Of a DNA stretch of 62,585 nucleotides, positions 16,418 to 24,528 are shown piece after piece. The position numbers and the translations under genes were made by a program. Numbering within the stretch: the first letter of the stretch is position 1; every line of letters starts with the position of its first letter. Location of the stretch: IMG/VR virus record IMGVR_UViG_3300002035_000001, positions 1 through 62,585 of that record; one strand, given 5' to 3'. The notes under the pieces are model-generated. The model ran no database searches. It had not been told where the DNA came from and saw only the letters and a list, made by a program, of their open reading frames with translations. Source of the stretch: a virus.

Positions 16418-16975
16418 CTATACTCCAATGATTTTCTTGATTGCAGGGAGATCCTTAGGACCAAACGCCCATCCGTGATCGGGTTTATTGGTGCCTGAAG
16501 CTCGAAGAGCTGCGCGAGCATGAGTAGGTAAGACGTCGGTGCCTTCACAAAGCTTGGTCACTGTGATGTAGCCCTCGGGAATACTTGCCTTAGCTTTTTT
16601 AGGCTTACTAGACTTATCCGACGAAGGCTTAGGCTTACTAGGCTTAGCTTTTTCCTCTACGGGCTTAGCGTGTTTTTCTTCCCACTCGCCGTACTTAAAT
16701 CTTACTGAGGGGCCTCGGTATTTAAGAGGAAGGATTAATCCAGTAAGAGGGGTATTCATAACGCGGTCCATCGCCTCACAAGTAATCTCCACCTTAAAGC
16801 CACAATCGAAGGTAATAACCTTGCCCTCACGGTTAAATTCCTTGTCCGCTATCATCCCCTCGATAAACAAGCGGGCTTCTTCGATCTCCGTAAAGATCGG
16901 AACATATATACGGGAGTCTTTGTCAGGCGGGCGATGTCCTCTGACGTAGACGGGATATCTTTTTTGATTAGTCAT
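16418..16975 (-). CDS. Protein with a Lys/Pro-rich linker and the recurrent C-terminal module
   Basis: Start moved to ATG 16975 (MTNQKRYP), after the AAGGAGAAACGAC RBS. C-terminus KPSKPKPSSDKSSKPKKAKA + ITVTKLCEGTDVLPTHARAALRASGTNKPDHGWAFGPKDLPAIKKII. Confidence 0.55.
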   Translation of the reverse strand: MTNQKRYPVYVRGHRPPDKDSRIYVPIFTEIEEARLFIEGMIADKEFNREGKVITFDCGFKVEITCEAMDRVMNTPLTGLILPLKYRGPSVRFKYGEWEEKHAKPVEEKAKPSKPKPSSDKSSKPKKAKASIPEGYITVTKLCEGTDVLPTHARAALRASGTNKPDHGWAFGPKDLPAIKKIIGV

Positions 16976-17008
16976 GTCGTTTCTCCTTCGCGTCATTGCG
17001 ATAATTAG

Positions 17009-17036
17009 ATAATAGACATTAATACAGAAGTATCAA
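17009..17036 (-). promoter_or_regulatory. Sigma70-type promoter
   Basis: Minus strand TTGATA-16 nt-TATTAT. Confidence 0.5.
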
Positions 17037-17047
17037 TGATTTTATTC

Positions 17048-17734
17048 TTATGAGAGTAAGTTTCTTCTCAGTTGCACCTTGCCGCCGTGGGCTCTGCCTT
17101 GAGAATAAGCGTCTGCGTTATTTACCTGAGCCCCAGAAGATCTACGCTTTACTAGCTTAACACCCAAGGTATCTTCAATATAAGCGGAGTTCCCCTCTTG
17201 TTCATCTTCTCGAAGGACAACTAAGGTATTCTGAGAACTGCTACTATCCTCGACCTGTGGAGCTCGTTCAGCATAATCCATCATCTCCTGACAACGCTCA
17301 TGGACTCTATACCCTGCGCCCGTCATGAAGGATCGACCTCCCTTGGTAGCTCTAGCTTCCGTTTGAATAGACCTTAATACCATCATAGCTATAGCATGGC
17401 AAACCATGACGTTATGCTTCTCCCCTATAATGGTTACCTTGTGTTTTCTACCTTTGTAATCCAAGGGCTCGGAGTAAAAGTCACAGTAGTATATGGAGGA
17501 TATCCCAGCTAGAACAGCAGTTGACCAAGGCCTGATCTGGACCTCCAGTGTGAGATGCCCCCGGTCTACTACGGCATCATCTCCGAGGTCGCTTCTTTGG
17601 ATATTATACTTAAGCATTAGCTCATGGGCTTTGCGATTAAAGGCGTCAGCCTCAGCTTCGCCAACGGAGGTATCGCTAGCTTGAGCAAGCAAAGCCTCTA
17701 TCTTTTTTCTAATGCTATCAAGGTTCTTGTTCAT
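17048..17734 (-). CDS. DUF2786-family protein
   Basis: N-terminus SIRKKIEALLAQASDTSVGEAEADAFNRKAHELMLKYNI matches the DUF2786 pattern as I recall it. Confidence 0.65.
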   Translation of the reverse strand: MNKNLDSIRKKIEALLAQASDTSVGEAEADAFNRKAHELMLKYNIQRSDLGDDAVVDRGHLTLEVQIRPWSTAVLAGISSIYYCDFYSEPLDYKGRKHKVTIIGEKHNVMVCHAIAMMVLRSIQTEARATKGGRSFMTGAGYRVHERCQEMMDYAERAPQVEDSSSSQNTLVVLREDEQEGNSAYIEDTLGVKLVKRRSSGAQVNNADAYSQGRAHGGKVQLRRNLLS

Positions 17735-17765
17735 GTCTCTTCCTTCGTGTTGTTACGATATAAAG

Positions 17766-17794
17766 AAGATAGCATAAGGGACAACAAGCTTCAA
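17766..17794 (-). promoter_or_regulatory. Sigma70-type promoter
   Basis: Minus strand TTGAAG-17 nt-TATCTT. Confidence 0.5.
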
Positions 17795-17816
17795 TAGCCC
17801 ATTGTCCGCTTTATAC

Positions 17817-18470
17817 TTATTTAAGAATTTCGATAATCTTGTCTTTAGCGGAGAGAGGAAATGTCCAACGGTCCTGACCCTTACTATGCAGCTTGGTAAT
17901 CTTGTCCTCGTGCCGTCGCAACTTAGCCCGTGCTACCTTCGGATCAATGTCAAGCTCCCGAGCAATATCAGCAACAGAAATCTCATTCGGATTTTTCTCC
18001 TTAGGGGGAGGAGCATTTCTAGCTTTCCGCTTTTTCTCTATATGGGCCTTTTGTCGAGTCTTCTTGTCGGGCTTATCCTCAGCTTTAGGCTTAGTCTTTT
18101 TCTCAGCCTTCTTTGCGGCCTTTGCTTCCTCAGCCTCTTTTCTCCTATCGTCTCGGACAGACTGGCGGCAATTCCTAGCCATCTCGTCTTTCTCAGTACC
18201 TCTCGCAAGCCCGGATTTAACCTTAGTAACCTTCGGTTCCTGTGGAGGATCCTCTTTCTCTGGCGGGGTATTTACTGCCTTAGCTACTTCGGGATCATCC
18301 GTTTTGGGTTGAGTGTCTACGTTAGCACCCGGTAGAACATCGGTATGCCCTTGGGCTTCCAGTGCTTCAATGGTTTCATATAGTTTTGCTTTAGATGCCT
18401 TCCAAGATTTTAAGGGTTGTTTACCCGCATTTTCGCGTAGTCGATTAAGTTTAGCAAGATCTTCCGCCAT
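17817..18470 (-). CDS. Lys-rich protein with the recurrent C-terminal module
   Basis: Start at ATG 18470 (MAEDLAKL; GAGAGGA RBS). Long K/E/A linker followed by ISVADIARELDIDPKVARAKLRRHEDKITKLHSKGQDRWTFPLSAKDKIIEIL. Confidence 0.6.
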   Translation of the reverse strand: MAEDLAKLNRLRENAGKQPLKSWKASKAKLYETIEALEAQGHTDVLPGANVDTQPKTDDPEVAKAVNTPPEKEDPPQEPKVTKVKSGLARGTEKDEMARNCRQSVRDDRRKEAEEAKAAKKAEKKTKPKAEDKPDKKTRQKAHIEKKRKARNAPPPKEKNPNEISVADIARELDIDPKVARAKLRRHEDKITKLHSKGQDRWTFPLSAKDKIIEILK

Positions 18471-18579
18471 AAGACTTCCTCTCAATTAAAAATAGTTGCA
18501 TCAGGATCGATACAGCTATAACACTACCATAGCCATCAGATGGCGTCAATAGGCTTAATACTGAAAGGAGAATATAGGT

Positions 18580-20484
18580 TTATTCGTCGGGATCTTCTTC
18601 ATGGAGTTCCCAGGTTAGGGTCTTGTTATTACCCTTTCCTCGCTTCTTCTTTTTGATGCTCATTTTAGAAGCAGCTCTCTCTAGCATCTTGGCACTAATA
18701 CTTCGTTTCTCTGCCATCCTATACAGCTTGGCCTCATCAATAGCAGTTCCCGTGATTGTAGACTCTAGGAACTCCATGGCATCTTGGATACTGGTTCCTA
18801 CCGTTCCCTTAGACCGTGCCTCCGATGAAGCATCCATGATCTGTTGAGCGTTAAGGTCCGTAAACCCATCCCATATAAACTCAGATCTATTTTTCTTCCT
18901 ACCTTCAATCCTAAATCGGAGCCCGCGAGGAACAGGAGCAAGGTTATTCTTGGTCATTGCCATTACTCGAGTCTCGGTGTCCTCGGGATCAACTCCCACT
19001 GACATAACCATACGGGCAGTACCGGTAAAGCTGATCGATCCTTGTCCTCGATACATTGCAGGGCCTGAGCCTTTAGTAAGGTGACGAATAACAAGAACAG
19101 CACAATTAAAGTCTTTAGCAAGATCTCTAAATAAGTTCATTGCTTGAGTAGACTCTGAGCCTTTATGGGTATCAGCTTTACCAATATAGGCATTAAGAGT
19201 ATCAAATACGATAAGTGCTGGTTTAATATCTTCAAGGTATTCATAGATCTCCTCAATAGCATCCTCATCATCGATACTAAAGGCTTGCTCGATAGGATAG
19301 TAGTTTCCTAAGTCATCAAACCCGTTATATGTCAATCGGACCTTTGTAACAGATGCTGCATTGTTTTCTATATCAAAATATACAACGGGGCCCTTAACCC
19401 TCTTTTGTCCTTTTCGAGGACAGGGAAGCTTTGACCCCTTAGCAATGGATCCTGCAACAATCATAGCTAAGTAGGACTTGCCTAGTCCAGGATCTCCCTC
19501 AAGTATCGATAGCTCCTTTCTAGCCAAGAAGGGATACCATACCCAGTCCGTTTCTTCTTCCTCAATGTCCTTCATTGCCTTAAAGATAAACCTTCCCTTA
19601 GGTTCCTTCTCATCCTCAGACTCCTCTTGGTCCGACTTCCTGTGTCTCTTATCAGCACCTTTAGGCTTTTCTCGAAACTGGTTTTCTATTACTTTCTGTA
19701 ATTCTCGACGCAGTTGGCTTTCCTCAGTTCTTCGGCCAGCAAACTTATTCCAAGCAGACCTTTTAATAACAGCAAACGCTTCGTCGAGACTCATTCCTGC
19801 TTCTACGCAAGCATTCTCTAGCTTCCACAGCATCTCTGATCGGTCAGCTCTTCCCTTAACCCGTTTGGCAACAAGTTCTCTCCTGACCCACCTAGGTAGC
19901 TTGTCCTGGTATTGCTCAAACACCTCCGCCGCTGATAATATCTCGCCACCCTCTTCTTCTTCCTCTTCGGGAAGGTATTTCTCCATCTTCTTAACAGAGT
20001 ACTTCGGTCCGTCGGTCCACAAGGGTCTTACTTTAGGTGCAGATTTATACTTAAAGTTCTTGGTCCCCGGAAACCTTAATACCTGAGTTAAGTCCCACCC
20101 CCCGTGGTCTGCCTCGACCATGTAAGTAAGTCTGCGGTTCATCGACTCGGTCATCGGGCCCTTTAGAACCCAGAGGCCGACAAACCTGCCGGGGGAAGAC
20201 TCTATAGCTATAGTAGGCTTAGGCTTCATGTTCTTGGGATCAGCAAAGTCAAGGTCCGCCCACAGTAGGTTGGGTATTACCGCCTCGGACTTCTGTCTTA
20301 CTCTTCTATTAAATCCATGAGGACAGAAGTAGATATCGCAATCATCATTGTCTCTTAAGAACTTCTTAATCTTCCCGAAGTCCTCAGGGGCAAAGAAATG
20401 ATCCTTCCATTTTCCACCCCCGTCTTTAGTTGATATGCAGAAGAACTTCCCTGGTTGCTTCGACCATATATCTGTAATTAGCAC
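18580..20484 (-). CDS. Bifunctional primase(-polymerase)/RepA-DnaB-like helicase
   Basis: The N-terminal half has an acidic LWADLDF motif (AEP/prim-pol-like). The C-terminal half has Walker A GDPGLGKS and Walker B ALIVFDT. GTG start after GGGAG. Confidence 0.8.
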   Translation of the reverse strand: MLITDIWSKQPGKFFCISTKDGGGKWKDHFFAPEDFGKIKKFLRDNDDCDIYFCPHGFNRRVRQKSEAVIPNLLWADLDFADPKNMKPKPTIAIESSPGRFVGLWVLKGPMTESMNRRLTYMVEADHGGWDLTQVLRFPGTKNFKYKSAPKVRPLWTDGPKYSVKKMEKYLPEEEEEEGGEILSAAEVFEQYQDKLPRWVRRELVAKRVKGRADRSEMLWKLENACVEAGMSLDEAFAVIKRSAWNKFAGRRTEESQLRRELQKVIENQFREKPKGADKRHRKSDQEESEDEKEPKGRFIFKAMKDIEEEETDWVWYPFLARKELSILEGDPGLGKSYLAMIVAGSIAKGSKLPCPRKGQKRVKGPVVYFDIENNAASVTKVRLTYNGFDDLGNYYPIEQAFSIDDEDAIEEIYEYLEDIKPALIVFDTLNAYIGKADTHKGSESTQAMNLFRDLAKDFNCAVLVIRHLTKGSGPAMYRGQGSISFTGTARMVMSVGVDPEDTETRVMAMTKNNLAPVPRGLRFRIEGRKKNRSEFIWDGFTDLNAQQIMDASSEARSKGTVGTSIQDAMEFLESTITGTAIDEAKLYRMAEKRSISAKMLERAASKMSIKKKKRGKGNNKTLTWELHEEDPDE

Positions 20485-20657
20485 TAAGCTTGCTCCCTTT
20501 TAATTCGCTCTACCTCAGCTACTGGGATAAGCTTCATTCTTCCTAATGTCTCTGCTTCGACAGTACCCCTGTGGATACGCTGCAACAAAGTCTTGTACTC
20601 AAGCCCGGTTTCAGCTGCAGCAGCTTTTACCGAATAGAAATCTTCTAGTCTTTTCAC
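20484..20657 (-). CDS. Small excisionase/MerR-like HTH protein
   Basis: YSVKAAAAETGLEYKTLLQRIHRGTVEAE...KLIPVAEVERI. Start moved to GTG 20657 because the ORF-track TTG at 20717 lies upstream of the predicted -10. Confidence 0.5.
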   Translation of the reverse strand: MKRLEDFYSVKAAAAETGLEYKTLLQRIHRGTVEAETLGRMKLIPVAEVERIKREQA

Positions 20658-20670
20658 GAATAACCCCCGG

Positions 20671-20722
20671 TTGACAACGGCGTAGAACTCGGAATATAAC
20701 GCTGTTTGTCGACTCAAGTCAA
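20671..20722. promoter_or_regulatory. Mirror-symmetric divergent promoter pair sharing one -10 region
   Basis: TTGACA-17 nt-ATATAA-17 nt-AGTCAA. This reads TTGACA..TATAAC on the plus strand and TTGACT..TATATT on the minus strand. Confidence 0.5.
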
Positions 20723-20737
20723 CCGCGGAGTATTTCT

Positions 20738-21229
20738 ATGATTGTAATTGAAGGTATGGATAATTCTGGTAAGAGTACATTGGCTCAATCAATGGCTTCT
20801 TATTTTAAGTTAATGGTGCAAGAAAGCGAAGGACCGCCACGTAGTGATGAAGAGATTAACGAGCGCGTTGATCGCTACGAAAACATGGAGGATCGCCTCT
20901 TTGTCAGGCACCCGGTTATATCTAATCAAATCTACGGAGCAGTAAGAGAAGAGGGAAACCCCATTACTCCTGGTCGACGTATTATTTTCTACGAGCAAGA
21001 GCCCACGCTTATATACTGTGATGCAGGCGATAGGGGCCTAGGGGGTCATGTCGAAAAGGACCATGATACCAAAGAACACCTTGAAGACGTTAATAATAAC
21101 TATGCAGAGCTACTTGAGCTCTACCGTCTTTGGGCCTCAGAGCATGCTCACTTTATTTACCGTATCGGCGATGATATGGACCAGTTCATTGCTACTGTAT
21201 ATTTCTACGAGCAATATAAAAACGCCTAA
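20738..21229 (+). CDS. P-loop deoxynucleoside-monophosphate kinase-like protein
   Basis: IEGMDNSGKST Walker A, as in dTMP/dNMP kinases; about 160 aa. Confidence 0.6.
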   Translation: MIVIEGMDNSGKSTLAQSMASYFKLMVQESEGPPRSDEEINERVDRYENMEDRLFVRHPVISNQIYGAVREEGNPITPGRRIIFYEQEPTLIYCDAGDRGLGGHVEKDHDTKEHLEDVNNNYAELLELYRLWASEHAHFIYRIGDDMDQFIATVYFYEQYKNA

Positions 21230-21243
21230 ATGAAAGGAAGATT

Positions 21244-22134
21244 ATGAAACCCACCCACCAGCATGCTGACGGGGGCCTCTATCGCTATGAGGGTCCTCAG
21301 TCTGCGAAACACCCCGATAATAACGAATGGATTGCGGGTATCCAGTACGTAGGAGAAGACGGCAAGTCTCGATGGACTACTAAGTCTCGATGGGACAAGA
21401 GGTTCAAGCAACTACCGGAATTCGAGCCTGTGGACCAGCAACTGATAGACGCAACGGACGAAGAGGGTAATGTTATAGCCTCCTTTAGTTTTGAGGTGGA
21501 GCAGGCGGGTGACGTTAGGTATATGCTTATTAAGGCTGCAGAACTTTGTGAGAAGAAAGGGGATCACTATCTTGCTGCAGTAATCAAGTCTCAGTCTGAG
21601 ATGGTTACACAAGGGCTTCATATTCGCTTTTCCGACTTCCCTGATATGATCGGGGATGTTAATGCCTTTCATGCTAAATTCGGCCAGGAGTATACAGGAA
21701 AGATCCGGATGCTTCCTCGGGACCTACACGAGTTTAGAACAAAGTTCCATGATGAGGAGACGGGCGAGTATTCACAGGAGTATGAGAACTTGGTGGACGC
21801 TGTTACTCGACAAGATCGCCGGGACATCATCAATGCTCTGGAACTTCAACTTGACGCCCTGGTGGATGCCGCTTGGGTAATACTAGGAACAGCGGACTTG
21901 CAATTCGGTAGACAGCCCTTTATCGAGGCTTGGAGAAGGGTGGTCACAGCTAATATGGCTAAGGTCAAAAAAGAAGTCGGTGTTAACCAGGGCACTGAAG
22001 ACAGCGGCCGTGAAGAGAAGTATGATATTGTTAAGCCTGCCGGTTGGGTTGCACCGGATCACCGAGACCTAGTCCAAGATAATGGTATCTTTGATGAGCT
22101 GTTCGGTACTGTAGAGGAGAAAGCTGATGGCTAA
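21244..22134 (+). CDS. DUF1653-like N-terminus fused to a MazG/HisE-like NTP pyrophosphohydrolase domain
   Basis: C-terminal half VNAFHAKFGQ...FHDEETGEY...LDALVDAAWVILGTADL...VVTANMAKV...KPAGWVAPD is a typical phage MazG-like pattern. Confidence 0.55.
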   Translation: MKPTHQHADGGLYRYEGPQSAKHPDNNEWIAGIQYVGEDGKSRWTTKSRWDKRFKQLPEFEPVDQQLIDATDEEGNVIASFSFEVEQAGDVRYMLIKAAELCEKKGDHYLAAVIKSQSEMVTQGLHIRFSDFPDMIGDVNAFHAKFGQEYTGKIRMLPRDLHEFRTKFHDEETGEYSQEYENLVDAVTRQDRRDIINALELQLDALVDAAWVILGTADLQFGRQPFIEAWRRVVTANMAKVKKEVGVNQGTEDSGREEKYDIVKPAGWVAPDHRDLVQDNGIFDELFGTVEEKADG

Positions 22135-22321
22135 TCCCATTATGAAATTCTTTAGTCATGCCCACTTACCCGATCACCTGAAAAAGGTATCCCGTCCTGT
22201 AGCAGAGCTTGCTACTGAAATGGAGGAGACTCTCCCCGACGGCCCAGAAAAGTCAGCGGGCATGAGGAAGTTACTGGAGGCAAAGGACTGCTTTGTCCGT
22301 GCTCGATTAGAGGAAGATTAG
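22127..22321 (+). CDS. Small hypothetical protein (64 aa)
   Basis: Overlaps the upstream stop; lies within the coupled operon. Confidence 0.5.
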   Translation: MANPIMKFFSHAHLPDHLKKVSRPVAELATEMEETLPDGPEKSAGMRKLLEAKDCFVRARLEED

Positions 22322-22325
22322 TACC

Positions 22326-23171
22326 ATGAAGAGTGAGTGGATTAAATTCTGTCTAAGGATGGCTAAAAGGGAGGCTGACCTATACAGCGGCTGTAGGAAA
22401 ATTATCCAAGGCAAGTCTCATACCTTCTACGATCTATGGGATAAGGAGGACCCACTCACTCTAGAGGACTGTGGCTATACTAAGTCTAAGATGTCCCACT
22501 TGATGAGGGGATACTTCCATCAAGAGTCTATTGATGCCGCCTTAAAGCTATGGAAGCTAAGGAGAAGCAAAACCTCCTACGGCTCTGTGGGCTTTACCTG
22601 CTATAATCACTTTATGAAGAATGATGCTGTTAAGAAGTCTAAGAGAGCATCGGTGATGGGACCTTGTATCCAAGCGGTAACCATAACCCAGATAAAAGGA
22701 TGCACAAAGGGAGGAAAAGCAGGATCCTATAGTATTGACGTGTTCTACCGGACAACCGAGCTACTTAAGAAATTCCCCGCAGACCTGGTCTTTATTCGAG
22801 AAGTACTGTTAAAGGACTTTGACTTTAGCAATATGGAATTCCAGGGGATGACTTGCCACTTTGCTAATATAACAGTCCATCCTCAGTACTTTGTTACTGC
22901 TATCCCTCATCTAAAGGATCCTCTAAAAGAGATGGATAAGATCCGAGACAAAGACCCCTATTTCTATAACTGGATAATAAAGTGGTCTGCTCGGTATCTC
23001 TGTGAAGAACACTATCGAGGCATCGCTAAGTTTGCTCAAGCTCTTAGGGTTAAAATGGATGCCGACAAAAGGATAAAAGGAAAGCCCCGTAAAAAACTTA
23101 TCAAATACCTAAGAAAAAACCATCCCGGCCATACCAAGGCCTATGAAGATCCTGAAGGAGAACAAGAATGA
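22326..23171 (+). CDS. Highly divergent ThyA-fold protein (activity unknown)
   Basis: SVMGPCIQ (Pro-Cys nucleophile context), then YRTTE 28 residues later in place of RSCD, FPAD with Asp at the N177-equivalent position, and HFANITVHPQY in place of DxHxY. Confidence 0.5.
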   Translation: MKSEWIKFCLRMAKREADLYSGCRKIIQGKSHTFYDLWDKEDPLTLEDCGYTKSKMSHLMRGYFHQESIDAALKLWKLRRSKTSYGSVGFTCYNHFMKNDAVKKSKRASVMGPCIQAVTITQIKGCTKGGKAGSYSIDVFYRTTELLKKFPADLVFIREVLLKDFDFSNMEFQGMTCHFANITVHPQYFVTAIPHLKDPLKEMDKIRDKDPYFYNWIIKWSARYLCEEHYRGIAKFAQALRVKMDADKRIKGKPRKKLIKYLRKNHPGHTKAYEDPEGEQE

Positions 23172-24055
23172 GAACAGTAGAGTTTGATAGTTTTAATGCC
23201 GCAATCGACCAGGCGGCTATACAGCTCCAGCACCGAAGTAAACTGGTCCACAGTGCTCGTTGGCAGGGAGCTGACATTAGCAGTAAACCCGAGATGGCTA
23301 CTCATGAGTTAACTCACGCTAGTTTTTCGGTGTCCTTGTCGGATGCTCGTACCGTTAATCCTGACCTTATACTTAGTCACTTAAGAAAGGACATAAGACC
23401 TAATTTACCTTGGGCGGATGACCACTTTGAGGAGAGAGTATGCGGAAGTCCTATTAACCCAGGAAGGGAGTGGGAAAATTGGCCTTTTGCTAAGTCTGCT
23501 TCTACCTTTTTAGATGAGCGGGGAAAGTTTAACCATAACTATATGGAGAGGTATTGGCCTAAGTTTGCTGGGGTAGTTAAGCATCCTACCCCCGACTATT
23601 CAGACCACGACGAGAGGTTAACTTATCTCGATAAACAGAAGGCGGATCAAGGCGGGATAAGTCCGCACCGGGGTATACTATATGATTATGGAGATTTGAA
23701 TGACGTTATCCAACTTCTTGCTACCGATCCCTATACCCGCCAAGCTTATCTTCCAATGTGGTTTCCTGAGGACACCGGCGGGGGAAGCAAGCGCGCACCG
23801 TGCACTATTGGGTACCACTTCCTTATGCGAGATGGACTACTTGATATCAACTACCATATCCGAAGCTGCGATTTCGTTCGGCATTTCCGCGACGACCTCT
23901 ACCTTACAGTCCGCCTCCTCCTGTGGGTCATCGACCAAGCAGCTAAAAGAGATAATAGATGGGCCGACGTTCGACCCGGTAAGTTTATCATGCAAATCGG
24001 CTCGCTCCATATCTTCAGAAATGATTACCAAATGCTATTCGGGAAGGCAAAGTAA
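23168..24055 (+). CDS. Deoxypyrimidine-monophosphate hydroxymethylase/ThyA-family enzyme, T4 gp42-like
   Basis: DPYTRQ, APCT nucleophile, IRSCD exactly 20 aa after the Cys, FRDD (Asp at the specificity position) and GSLHIFRNDY. Confidence 0.75.
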   Translation: MRTVEFDSFNAAIDQAAIQLQHRSKLVHSARWQGADISSKPEMATHELTHASFSVSLSDARTVNPDLILSHLRKDIRPNLPWADDHFEERVCGSPINPGREWENWPFAKSASTFLDERGKFNHNYMERYWPKFAGVVKHPTPDYSDHDERLTYLDKQKADQGGISPHRGILYDYGDLNDVIQLLATDPYTRQAYLPMWFPEDTGGGSKRAPCTIGYHFLMRDGLLDINYHIRSCDFVRHFRDDLYLTVRLLLWVIDQAAKRDNRWADVRPGKFIMQIGSLHIFRNDYQMLFGKAK

Positions 24056-24528
24056 TGGGACGTATAAGTAGAGAGGTTATGTTTATGCAGATGGCAAGAG
24101 TAGCGTCTTGTCGATCCACTTGCTTTCGCCTAAACGTAGGAGCTATTATTACTCGCAACCACCGGCCCGTAAGCGTAGGATGGAACGGCGCACCTTCTGG
24201 CGATCCCCACTGTGCGGGAAACAGTTGCCCAGGGATAGTACCGGGCAAGTGCGGTACTCTTCATGCTGAAGCTAATGCCATAGACAACGCGATGGGGATA
24301 GAGGCTTGTGACGAAGGATGGAATTTATATGTTACCCACAGCCCGTGCGAGAGGTGTGCAGAAAAGATACGAGATTGCGGGACTATAAGTAAAGTATTCT
24401 TTGAAGTACCCTATCGGAAGCCCGATGCTTTATATATTCTCCAGAAAGCGGGAATAGCGGTTTACGAAGTTACTGCTGCAGGATATGTTATAGAATACTT
24501 TTCCCGAGAGGTAGTTGACCTTCCATGA
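24055..24528 (+). CDS. dCMP deaminase (ComEB/Cd family)
   Basis: Zinc motifs LHAEANAI and SPCERCAEKI. Confidence 0.85.
   Translation: MGRISREVMFMQMARVASCRSTCFRLNVGAIITRNHRPVSVGWNGAPSGDPHCAGNSCPGIVPGKCGTLHAEANAIDNAMGIEACDEGWNLYVTHSPCERCAEKIRDCGTISKVFFEVPYRKPDALYILQKAGIAVYEVTAAGYVIEYFSREVVDLP

Noticed and set aside
17802-18335. Plus-strand ORFs 17802..18335 and 17893..18312
   Set aside because: They are antisense frames of the Lys-rich gene 17817..18470. This is a low-complexity mirror effect (the AAG/GAA repeats read as Leu/Phe/Ser).
20484-20657. Excisionase-like HTH considered as evidence for a lysogeny module
   Set aside because: No integrase, CI-like repressor or att-like site was seen anywhere in the closed genome. 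The HTH sits at the head of the primase operon and is more likely a transcription regulator.
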